Shown here in pieces: positions 40,861 to 50,076 of a DNA stretch of 64,000 nucleotides (position 1 is the stretch's first letter; each line of letters opens with the position of its first letter). Source of the stretch: an uncultured Chloroflexia bacterium (GTDB taxonomy: Bacteria > Chloroflexota > Limnocylindria > Limnocylindrales > CSP1-4); contig CAVRKB010000007.1 in the NCBI GenBank assembly GCA_963721545.1, positions 388,851 to 452,850 of the forward strand, read 5' to 3'. The position numbers and the translations under genes are program-made. A model generated the notes under the pieces. It was not told the origin of the DNA. It saw only the letters and a list, made by a program, of their open reading frames with translations, and made no database searches.

Positions 40861-41865
40861 ATGCCAGCCGTCGTCGTCGAAGACATCACCATCCTCCCGC
40901 GGATCCCCGAGCCGGACCCGACCGTCGCCCGGCCCCGCCCCGTACGCAGCGTGACGACCTCACCGCGCGGCTTCGAAGGCGAGGGCTTCCCGGTTCGCCG
41001 CGCGTTCGCCGGCGTCGACCTGGCCGACCTCGATCCGTTCATCCACCTCGACCAGATGGGGGAGGTCGAATACGCCCCGGGCGAGCCCAAGGGCACGCCA
41101 TGGCACCCGCATCGCGGCTTCGAGACCGTGACCTACATGATCGACGGCGTGTTCGAGCACGCCGACTCGAACGGCGGCGGCGGCGTGATCACCAACGGCG
41201 ACACCCAGTGGATGACCGCCGGCGCGGGGATCCTCCACATCGAGAAGCCGCCGGAGTGGCTGGTCGTGAGCGGCGGGCTGTTCCACGGCCTCCAGCTGTG
41301 GGTGAACCTGCCCGCGGCGCAGAAGTTCGCGACGCCGCGCTACCAGGACCTGCGGGCGAGCGAGGTGGCGCTCGTGTCGTCGTCGGACGGTGGCGCCCTG
41401 GTCCGGATCATCGCCGGCGACGTGGCCGGGCACGCCGGCCCGGGCTCGACCTATTCGCCGATGACGATGGTCCACGCCACGCTCAGCCCGGGCGCCCGGC
41501 TCACGCTGCCGTGGCGGCCCGAGTACAACGCCCTCGTCTACGTGCTCGCGGGCGACGGCACCGTCGGCGCCGAGGGCAAGCCGATCGGCACGGGCCAGCT
41601 GGCGGTCCTCGGCGAGGGCAACGCGGTGACCGTGTCGGCCGACCTCCTGCAGGAGAGCCGCCACCCCAACCTCGACGTCATCGTCCTCGGCGGCCAGCCG
41701 ATCCGCGAGTCGGTCGCGTGGCTCGGGCCGTTCGTGATGAACACGCGGGACGAGGTGATGCAGGCCGTCGCCGACTACCAGGCCGGCCGGCTGGGCACGA
41801 TCCCGGCGGTCCACAACACGCCGACGACCCTGATCGAGGCGAACCGGCCCGCCGACCCGGCCTGA
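40861..41865 (+). CDS. Pirin-family protein
   Basis: ATG 40861 follows GAAGGAG: ...FIHLDQMG......PG...G...HPHRGFETVTYMIDG...H.DS.G..G.I..GD.QWMTAGAGILH.E. Confidence 0.9.
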   Translation: MPAVVVEDITILPRIPEPDPTVARPRPVRSVTTSPRGFEGEGFPVRRAFAGVDLADLDPFIHLDQMGEVEYAPGEPKGTPWHPHRGFETVTYMIDGVFEHADSNGGGGVITNGDTQWMTAGAGILHIEKPPEWLVVSGGLFHGLQLWVNLPAAQKFATPRYQDLRASEVALVSSSDGGALVRIIAGDVAGHAGPGSTYSPMTMVHATLSPGARLTLPWRPEYNALVYVLAGDGTVGAEGKPIGTGQLAVLGEGNAVTVSADLLQESRHPNLDVIVLGGQPIRESVAWLGPFVMNTRDEVMQAVADYQAGRLGTIPAVHNTPTTLIEANRPADPA

Positions 41866-41999
41866 CCCTCGACGAGCTCGCGCGGCCGCCCTGGCCGCCG
41901 CTCCTGGCGTCGTGACGGGCGTCGTACGGGCGGGGCGTATCGTGTCGCCGCGGGCGCCCCGCTGCCGTGCCGGGGACCCTGACACCGGAGGGCAGGGAC

Positions 42000-43417
42000 A
42001 TGGACGCACGCGACCGACCATCGGGGGGCGGCGGGGCCACGACGGACCGCCGGGCGCCTGACGCGACCCTCATCGACACGATGCTCACCCGGCGCAGCCG
42101 CCGTGTGTCGCTGGGCAGCCGGCTCCACGGCAGCGCCCTGGCGTTCGAGAGCCAGTCGCATCCGGTCCCGCTCGGCCTCGACGAAGAGGCGGTCCTCGCC
42201 TTTGCCGCGTCGGGTGTGACGGGCCAGGTGAACGGCGAGCTGCCGTATAGCCCGGACGCAGGCCCGGAGACAGGCGGCGGCCAGATCATGATGGCCACCG
42301 TCGGCCGGACGCAGTCGAGCGCCGACGCCGTGGCGACGGTCAACCTGGTCATCACCAACGACGACGGGCACGTACCTCCTGCCGCGGCCGCAGGACCTCG
42401 ACCCGGCGCAGTACGAGGCGCTTGTCGGGCTCAACCGCGACCATCGCTTCGGCGAGGCGTACAGGCGAATGCGGATCACGCTGCGCGACGGACGGTCGGA
42501 GATCCCGCGTGAGGTCCCGTTCACGCCGCCGTTCAACAAGTGGTCGGCCAACATCCCGGGCGCGACGTACTTCGTGCCCGTGACCGAGGTCACCGCGCTG
42601 TACCTGACGATCCTGTTCGCGGCGCTGGGCGAGGAGTTCGCCTACTTCTTCCATGACGACAAGGACGCGCTGACGCGCCCGGCCGGGATCGGCCGGTTCG
42701 GCCGGTCGAAGGGCGGCCACCTGCTCGACGACGTGCACGACGGCCGGGTCGGCACGATCGACGAGATCGAGACGTACCTGCTCGAGATCTGCGGCTTCGA
42801 GCAGGGCCTCATGATCCAGAACATCGCGCTCGCGACCGAGGCGCTCGGCCTCGGCGGGTTCCCGCACTACGCCGCGCATCGGTTCGCCTGGACGAAGTCG
42901 CTCGGCTTCCGGATGCGCGACCGCACGTTCGCCCAGGTCCTCCACAAGGGCTTCTTCGGGACGCTTCTCATGCGCCTCCTGGGCAAGAACGTGACGATCC
43001 CGCAGGCGATCGGGCTCGAGCACGACGGCACGGACGCTGCATCAAGCCGTTCGCACCGCCGTACTACCCGACGATGGCGGACGCCGTCCGGGCGTTCGTC
43101 GACTACAAGTTCGCGCCGGGCACCGGGCTTCTTCCGCGACAGCGTGCGGCCCAGCGCGTGGCGCGATCCGGCCACCGTCCAGGCGACGATCCCGGCGGTA
43201 CTCGAAGGCCAACATCGACGCCGTGATCGGCTACTGCGAGTACGTTTACGACCACTACGGGCAGTTCCCGGCGAACTTCGGTCCGATCCGGACGCTGATG
43301 GCGTTCCAGGCCCATCACATCGACACCGCGTTCTACGATCGGTTCTACCGGCCGGGCGCGTACACGGCTGCCCACGCCACGCACTTCGAGCGTTGGCACA
43401 GCGACCCGGCGAGGTGA
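42000..43417 (+). CDS. Large nitroreductase-fold-like protein, function unknown (about 4 frame breaks near 42365, 43035, 43125, 43200)
   Basis: ATG 42000 follows GGAGGG. LIDTMLTRRSRRV near the N-terminus and GLMIQNIALATEALGLGGF later resemble nitroreductase-superfamily motifs. The reconstructed length is ~470 aa. The family assignment is weak. Confidence 0.45.
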
Positions 43418-43423
43418 CGGACG

Positions 43424-44319
43424 TCAGCCGGCGGCCGCGCCGGCATGCCTCCCAAGGAAGGGCTCGATTCGCGCACACAGGGCCGCCGCACAGACCGGAT
43501 CGAGGATGTGGTGGCATCCGGGCAGCGTCTCGGCCGCCACGAGGTCGCCGAAGAGCTCCCGCGCTCGGGGAAGGACGCGGTCCGGCGGAAAGAGCGGGTC
43601 GCGTTCGGCCGCGAACACCATCACGGGTGCGGTGAGCCGCGCCAGCTCCTCGGGCGTCGCCGTTCGGGGCATCTCGGTATCGAGCTGCGTCCCGGCGAAG
43701 GCGAGCGCGGTCGACTCGATCATCATCGGGTCGGGATTCGGGCCGGCCAGCTGTCGCACGGTGGCTGCCGCGATCCCGGGCCGCTGCACGACGCGATAGG
43801 ACAGGTAGCCCGCGGCCAGCGACAGCATCGATCGAATCGGTACGGCCGTCATCCCGGCCGGTACGACCAGCACCGCCCGGTCGATCCGCGTTCGGCGCCA
43901 CCGTCGCCAGGCGGAGGAAGACGCCGGCGCCGTACGAGGCCGCCGATGAACGCCGCGGACCGAAGCTCGAGCGCGTCGAGCACGTCGACCATCCAGTCGC
44001 CGAGGCTGGAGTCGTTCGCCGACACGCGTGGTCCCTGCGTCTTGCCCGGCTGGCCGATCGTGTCCGGGGCGTAGATGCGGCAGGTCGCGACGAGCGGGCC
44101 GAGCCACGCGAGTGTCAGCGGGTTGACGACATTGCCGCCCTGGAGCGCGACGAGCGGCGGGCCGCCTCGTCGGGCCGGCGACGAGCACATGGGTCTCGCC
44201 GAAGGCGTCGGAACCATGCGCGAATCGGTCGGGAACGGCAGACGTGCGCGAGCGCGGTCGTAGAGCTGCTCGACGGCGACTCGGGCGGCGTCGGACCGGT
44301 AGATCGAGCCTGCTCGCAC
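43424..44319 (-). CDS. Alpha/beta-fold hydrolase (about 3-4 frame breaks)
   Basis: GTG 44319 follows GAGGAGG. PPLVALQGGNVVNPLTLAWLGPL, ...IYAPDTIGQPGKT and the C-terminal part ...PVMVFAAERDPLFPP......F......TLPGCHHI are read from ORFs 43849..44319 and 43424..44635. Confidence 0.65.
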
Positions 44320-44553
44320 GGAACCTCCTCAGATCGTACGGCGATGGGCCGGGAGCATAGCGGAGCCGATTGGGCAGACCGAGCCTTGACGCCGACCAGC
44401 GTGAGGCGCACAGTCGGCCAGCGAAGGTGAATGTGCGCACACCCCAGGCGAACGGACGAGGAGTCCGGGCGGGTGCGGGCGACGCGACCCATCCTGGCGT
44501 GCGGGGGGCGCGGCCGGATTGCCCAGGGTCGACCACCTGGAGTGGAGGGTGCC

Positions 44554-46725
44554 ATGTCCCGCAAGCTGGCGGCCATCGTCGCCGCCGTGGCCATCTGCCT
44601 GACCGCCGTGCCGTTGGCGTCCGCGGCCCCGCCATCTCCGTTCCCGGCGGGCTCGTCCGGTCTCGGTGACCCGTACTTCCCGCTCGATGGCAACGGCGGG
44701 TACGACGTCCAGCACTACGACCTCGAGCTCACCTACGACCCCGCCACGGACAGATTGACGGGCATCGCGACCATCACGGCCGTGGCGACGCAGAACCTCT
44801 CGGCGTTCAACCTCGACTTCATCGGGATGAAGTTGCGGTCGCTGACCGTCAACGGCACCAGCGCCAAGACCACGCGCAACCGGCAGGAGCTCACCGTCAA
44901 GCTGGGGACCGGCCTCACGAACGGCTCGGCCTTCACGGTCGTGGCCCGCTACGACGGCGTCCCGGAGCCGATCGTCGAGGAGGGCCTCGGCGAGCTGGGG
45001 TTCCTGCCGACCGAGGACGGCGCGATCGTCCAGGGCGAGCCGCACGTCGCCGCGACATGGTTCCCCGCCAACGACCATCCGCGCGACAAGGCGTCGTTCG
45101 CGTTCCACATCACGATCCCGACGGGACTCGAGGCGATCGCCAACGGCGTCCTCGTCAGCCAGCAGCCGAACGGCGCCTGGACGACCTGGAACTGGAATGC
45201 CGTCGAGCCGATGACCCCGTACCTGGCGATGATGGTCATCGATGACCTGTACATGCGCGATTACGTCGACGACGGGATCGCCTATTGGGATGCCATCGAT
45301 ACCGACCTGATGACCGATGTCGCCCCGTCGGTCTCACCGGTGGCCGGCTCGCAATTCATCTGGTCGCAGCGAGGCGAACCCGCCTACAAGCGGCTGACCC
45401 GGACGATCTCGGTTCCGGCCGGCGGCGCGACGGTCTCGTTCCAGGTCAACCGCGACACGGAGTTCTTCTTCGACTTCCTCTTCGTCGAGTCGCGGACGGC
45501 CGGCGGCGACGACTGGACGACGCTGCCGGACCTGAACGGCCACACGTCGCAGGACTTCGGGGAGTGCCCGTTCATCACCGAGGTCAACCCGTTCCTGCTG
45601 CACTACCTGACGCCGGTCGCGGTCCACACGGGCAACCCGCACACACCCGACGACGACACCTTCACCTGCGAACCGACCGGGACGACCGGTGCCTGGAACG
45701 CCGTCAGCGGCACGGGCGACGGCTGGGAGACCTGGACCGTCCAGCTGGCCGACGCGGGCGGCGCGCCTCGTCAGGTCGAGCTGTCGATCAGCTATGCCAG
45801 CGACTTCTTCGTCCAGGGACGGGGCGTGATCGTCGACCAGATCGTCGTCTCGACCGGCGAAGGTTCGACCGGCTTCGAGGACGACGGCGACACGTTCGAC
45901 GGGTGGACGACGCCCGCGGCGCCGGATCCGGACCAGCCGAACCCGAACACCTGGATTCCCACGGGCTTCGTGCCCCACGTGCCGGGGCCGGGGGAGGGCG
46001 CGTTGCTGTCGTTCGACCGGCAGCCCGAGATCATCGCCTGGGAGGCAGACCTGTTCGGGGCGTACCCATGGACCGCGTCGGGCGGGGTCGTCCAGGAGGG
46101 AGCCGTCCGGTTCGCCCTGGAGAACCAGACCCGACCGGTCTACTCGCCATTCTTCTTCGGGGAGGAGGGCAACGACTTCGTCGTCGTCCACGAGCTTGCC
46201 CACCAATGGTTCGGCGACCTCCTCGCCGTCGACACGTGGAACGAGACATGGCTCAACGAGGGCTTTGCGACCTACACCGAATGGATGTGGGGCGAGCACG
46301 AGGGCTTCTTCACGCCGCAGGACGCGTGGGACGACCTGACATCGATCCCCGCCGACGAGGGGTTCTGGGACCTGCCGATCGGGGACCCCGGCATCGAGAA
46401 CATCTTCGCCGGCCAGATCTACGACCGCGGCGCGCTGACCCTGCACGCGCTCCGGCTGGAGGTCGGCGACGACCTGTTCTTCCAGATCCTGCCGGCGTGG
46501 GTGGCCGCGCAGGCGGGTGGCACGGTGTCGACCCGTGAGTTCATCGACCTGGCGGAGAGCATCGCCAACGAAGACCTGGACCCGCTCTTCGCAGAGTGGC
46601 TGTCCGCCGGCAAGCCCGCGTCACTCGGAGAAGCAGCTGGCATCCAGAATGCTCGGAGCCACGCTGCGAAGCTGAGGACCGTGTCTGCCCAGATCGCCAA
46701 GGAGAAGGCAACCCGGGGTCGCTAG
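44554..46725 (+). CDS. Secreted M1-family zinc metallopeptidase with a ~230-aa inserted beta-rich domain
   Basis: ATG 44554 follows GGAGGG. Signal peptide MSRKLAAIVAAVAICLTAVPLASA, GXMEN-equivalent FALENQT, and zinc site VVHELAHQWFGD...WLNEGFATY. Intact over 2.2 kb. Confidence 0.9.
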   Translation: MSRKLAAIVAAVAICLTAVPLASAAPPSPFPAGSSGLGDPYFPLDGNGGYDVQHYDLELTYDPATDRLTGIATITAVATQNLSAFNLDFIGMKLRSLTVNGTSAKTTRNRQELTVKLGTGLTNGSAFTVVARYDGVPEPIVEEGLGELGFLPTEDGAIVQGEPHVAATWFPANDHPRDKASFAFHITIPTGLEAIANGVLVSQQPNGAWTTWNWNAVEPMTPYLAMMVIDDLYMRDYVDDGIAYWDAIDTDLMTDVAPSVSPVAGSQFIWSQRGEPAYKRLTRTISVPAGGATVSFQVNRDTEFFFDFLFVESRTAGGDDWTTLPDLNGHTSQDFGECPFITEVNPFLLHYLTPVAVHTGNPHTPDDDTFTCEPTGTTGAWNAVSGTGDGWETWTVQLADAGGAPRQVELSISYASDFFVQGRGVIVDQIVVSTGEGSTGFEDDGDTFDGWTTPAAPDPDQPNPNTWIPTGFVPHVPGPGEGALLSFDRQPEIIAWEADLFGAYPWTASGGVVQEGAVRFALENQTRPVYSPFFFGEEGNDFVVVHELAHQWFGDLLAVDTWNETWLNEGFATYTEWMWGEHEGFFTPQDAWDDLTSIPADEGFWDLPIGDPGIENIFAGQIYDRGALTLHALRLEVGDDLFFQILPAWVAAQAGGTVSTREFIDLAESIANEDLDPLFAEWLSAGKPASLGEAAGIQNARSHAAKLRTVSAQIAKEKATRGR

Positions 46726-46762
46726 GCACACCACGCGCCGACGTTCGGTACGGAGATCGGCG

Positions 46763-46993
46763 ATGGCGGATGGCGCGACGGGTCGCCCGTCGCGGCCATC
46801 GTGGGTGCCCGACGACCTGTATCCGTTCCAGGATCGCTGGGCGGACGTCGATGGCAACCTCGTCCACTACGTCGACGAGGGCGACGGACCGCCGCTCCTC
46901 CTGTTGAACGGCAATCCGAGCTGGTCGTTCGGCGCGCTGCGTTCATGGTGGCGTGACGACGCCGCCGGCGAGGCGCCGGGCCGTCAGGCGTAG
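46763..46993 (+). pseudogene. N-terminal remnant of a haloalkane-dehalogenase-like alpha/beta hydrolase
   Basis: Only ~55 residues of family-like sequence remain (YPFQDRWADVDGNLVHYVDEGDGPPLLLLNGNPSWSF). The ORF then degenerates and stops, and the next gene on the other strand begins at 46984. Confidence 0.55.
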
Positions 46994-47807
46994 GGCGTCG
47001 GCCGCCGGCGTTCCTGGATCACATAGAACGCGGCCACCACCGCGGTCAGCAACACCAGCGCGCCGCCATAGCCGGCGATCGTGTCACGGCCGGGGATGAA
47101 CTCGTCCCGAAACACGACGACGGTCGCCAGCAACGCGATCCCGTTGAGCAGGAGCAGCTGGATCCCGCGGCGGATCTCGTCCCAGTCCCGGCGAAGGCCA
47201 TCGTCCCGCACCACACGGACCAGCCGAGGAACCACGCCGCGACCATCCGTGCATCGAGCGGGTTGAGCTCCCATGGCCAGCGCGCCGCGGCGAACTCCGG
47301 GTTGGCGACGAGCAGGAGCCCATGCATGAGGAACAGGCCCGTCAGGAACACCAGCCAGCCCTTGAACAACGGATGGAGCGGACCGCCCGTCGCCGGCGCC
47401 TCGACCGAGAAGATCCCGCGCGGGATGAGGTAGAGCATCGTCACCGGCTCGAAGATGTAGAGCACGATCCAGATGTGGGCCAGCGGGGTCTCGAACGGGT
47501 TCCAGTGGAACTCGTCGATGTGCCAGTAGGTGGCGAGCAGCAGCGTCCCCGTGAACGCCAGGTTGCCCCACACGATCCAGCGCAGCGGACCCAGTTGGGC
47601 TCGCGCGCGGCATTCAGGAAGAACGCCGTCCGGAAGATGTAGCCCGCGCCGATGAACGCCATGCGCGTAGCGCGGCTGCACGTCCCAGGCGAAGTAGTCC
47701 GCCACGTAGCTCGGGAAGAACAGCATCCAGATCGCGAACCATGCGGCCGCCGCCGCGCCCAGGAGTCCCCAGGCGATCTGGGTACGCGGTGGCCAAGCTC
47801 GATCCAT
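46984..47807 (-). CDS. Polytopic membrane protein of unknown function (about 3 frame breaks)
   Basis: Fragments from three minus-strand ORFs join into one hydrophobic protein. They are MDRAWPPRTQIAWGLLGAAAAAWFAIWMLFFPSYVADYFAW.., MAFIGAGYIFRTAFFLNAA.., PLRWIVWGNLAFTGTLLLATYW...WPWELNPLDARMVAAWFLGWSVW.., and DWDEIRRGIQLLLLNGIALLATVVVF.... Confidence 0.5.
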
Positions 47808-47946
47808 CGGACATTCACCCCCGCCTGCTCGCCAGCAAGTTGGAGGGAGGGTACGCCTCGGGTAGCGCCCGCGTCGAGTGCCGCGCGACGATCAGGGCAC
47901 GCCCGGGCGGCCCGCCGGAGCGGACCGCCCTCCGGTTACGCGACGA

Positions 47947-48576
47947 TCAGGCCACGCCGCTGACGGTCTCCTTCGCCCGCGACGAGCTGCGCCGCAAAAC
48001 GGCCCAGGCCACGAGCCCGCCGAGCACCGCTCCGCCGAAGGCGGCGACGAGGAGCAGGCGGCCGTCGACCTGCGTCGCCTGCGTTGCGGCGGCTGGCGCC
48101 GACGCGGCGGTCCCCGTGGTCGTGCCGGTGGTCGTCCCGCTCGTCGTTCCCGATCCCGCGCCTGCGGCCGCCGCGGCCGTCCCGTCGCCCACGACGATGA
48201 CACCCGACATCCCACGGTGGAGGGCGCAGGCGTACGGGTAGACGCCGGCCTGGTCGAAGGTGTAGCTGGCCGTCTTGCCCGGCTGGATCTCCACGTCGCG
48301 CGAGCCCCACGCCTGGTTCGCTCCGGTGATGAGGTGGGTGAACTCGCCGCCGTTCACGAACTTGACCGAGGCGCCGACGTCCACGTTGGTGACCGTCGGG
48401 CTGAAGGCGCACGGCTCGAGCCTGATCTCGGGTCCGGACCCGGTGGTCCCGGACGGCATGCTGAAGCCGTGGTAGCACGGGTCGCCCGCGGACACGAGTG
48501 GCACGGCGACGAGCCACAGGAGCAGGCCGGTTGACAGGACGATGAGCGAGAGGGGAGCGGTGAGGCGTCGGCGCAC
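47947..48576 (-). CDS. Cupredoxin-fold (plastocyanin/amicyanin-like) copper protein with an N-terminal signal/TM segment and a C-terminal TM anchor
   Basis: GTG 48576 follows GGAGG. The type-1 copper ligand pattern is ..GEFTHLITG... and ...YPYACALHRGMSGVIVV (H, C-x2-H-x2-M). A Thr/Gly-rich linker and a hydrophobic C-terminus LLLVAAFGGAVLGGLVAWAVL follow. Confidence 0.75.
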   Translation of the reverse strand: MRRRLTAPLSLIVLSTGLLLWLVAVPLVSAGDPCYHGFSMPSGTTGSGPEIRLEPCAFSPTVTNVDVGASVKFVNGGEFTHLITGANQAWGSRDVEIQPGKTASYTFDQAGVYPYACALHRGMSGVIVVGDGTAAAAAGAGSGTTSGTTTGTTTGTAASAPAAATQATQVDGRLLLVAAFGGAVLGGLVAWAVLRRSSSRAKETVSGVA

Positions 48577-48689
48577 GATCGTGACCTCCAGCGGGGCGAG
48601 ACTGTCGAACCATCTACACCGCGCGGCCGGCAATGGTTCCCGGCGATGCCTGGCGGCCGGCAGGGACTCCCGGCTGGCACCATTGCCCC

Positions 48690-49834
48690 ATGGCCCGATC
48701 CGCGGCACCCGGCGACCGCCTCGACTGGCGTGCGCTCAACCGCGCGACGCTCGCGCGCCAGTCGCTGCTGGAACGCTCGACGACATCGGTCGAAGACATG
48801 CTGGAGCGACTGGTCGGGATGCAGGCCCAGACGCCGCACACGGCCTACGTCGGGCTGTGGAGCCGGATCGAGGGCTTCCGGGCCCAGGAGCTGTCGGACC
48901 GGCTCGTCGACCGCTCGGTCGTGCGGATGGCGTTGATGCGCTCGACGATCCATCTCGTGACCGCGCGCGACGCGTGGGACCTCCGGCGCGCTGCTCCAGC
49001 CCGTCCTGGATCGGATGCACCGCGGCCAGTTCGGTCGGCGCCTCGAGGGCGTCGACACCGACGCCGTGATCGCGATGGGCCGCGCCTTCGTCGACGAGCG
49101 CCCACGGTCGTTCAAGGAGCTCGGCGACCACCTCCTGACGCGCTGGCCGGATCGCGACCGGATGGCGCTCGAGCAGTCGGTCCGTACCGGCGTCCCGCTG
49201 GTCCAGGTCCCGCCGCGGGGCCTGTGGGGTCGCAGCGGGCCGATCGCCCACACCTCGATCGAGGCCTGGCTCGGCCAACCGCCACGCGAGGGAGCGACCC
49301 TCGACGACCTGGTCAGGCGCTACCTCGGGGCGTTCGGGCCGGCCAGCGTGATGGACGTCCAGGCGTGGTGTGGCCTCACGCGCCTCGGCGAGGTGATCGA
49401 GCGGCTGCGGCCCAGCCTGGTCGCCTTCCGCGACGAGGCCGGTCGCGAGCTGTTCGATCTGCCGGACGCCCCGCGACCCGATCCCGACACGCCCGCGCCG
49501 CCGCGGTTCCTGTACGACTTCGAGAACCTGCTGCTGTCGTATGCCGACCGCTCGCGGACGGGCGATGCGGCCGTTGCCCGCGCGATCGCCCCCGTGACGC
49601 AGGAGCCGATCAGCACGTTCACGATCGATGGCTTCGTCGCCGGAACCTGGCGGATCGAGCGGGCCGGCAAGGCCGGCAAGCGCAACGTCCGCGACGCTCG
49701 TCATCAAGCCCGTCGTCCGCGTGGCACCGGAGGCGGCTGCCGCCCTGGCCGAGGAGGGTGCCGGCCTTCTCGCCTTCGCGACCGACGGTGCAACCGACGT
49801 CGATGTCCGCATCCTTGGCGTGGACGACCGCTGA
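48690..49834 (+). CDS. Winged-helix DNA glycosylase-like protein, AlkZ/YcaQ (DUF1006) family, copy 1 (two +1 breaks near 48985 and 49690)
   Basis: LNRATLARQSLLERS...LVGMQAQTPHTAYVGLWSRIEGF....L.....DRSVVRMALMRSTIHLVTA is followed by ...FLYDFENLLLSYADR... and ...GTWRIER. It is clearly paralogous to 56592..57623. Confidence 0.75.
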
Positions 49835-49886
49835 CGATCGCAACCGACGCGCAACCGACGGCCTCTTGCCAGATGAGACGACGCAG

Positions 49887-49895
49887 TGTCACAAT
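49887..49895 (+). promoter_or_regulatory. Extended -10-like box TGTCACAAT in front of the Cys-rich mini-ORF
   Basis: Identical 9-mer to the box at 62538 that precedes the apparently leaderless pip gene. It ends 10 nt before ATG 49905. Confidence 0.4.
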
Positions 49896-49904
49896 CCGCG
49901 AACG

Positions 49905-49979
49905 ATGAACGCCTCGAGTTCGCTCACGTGCTCCTGTCCGCACTGTCACGCCGCCCATCAGGGCCGGTGGTGTAGCTAG
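49905..49979 (+). CDS. 24-codon Cys/His-rich mini-ORF (candidate leader peptide) MNASSSLTCSCPHCHAAHQGRWCS
   Basis: ATG lies close to a promoter-like box with no SD. Four Cys codons are present, three of them within six codons. The stop abuts a hairpin and a terminator upstream of the rhodanese gene. It could equally be a chance ORF. Confidence 0.35.
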   Translation: MNASSSLTCSCPHCHAAHQGRWCS

Positions 49980-50019
49980 GCGTGCGACAGAACTGACCGC
50001 ACGCCCGGACCGCTCCACC

Positions 50020-50046
50020 CCCCTGCAATGGCAGGGGTTTTTGTTT
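50020..50046 (+). terminator. Canonical intrinsic terminator
   Basis: CCCCTGC-AATG-GCAGGGG followed by TTTTTGTTT. It lies 31 nt upstream of the rhodanese ATG and 186 nt after the AlkZ-like stop. Confidence 0.7.
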
Positions 50047-50076
50047 GGGCCTCAACCGTCACGAAGGACCTCCACC

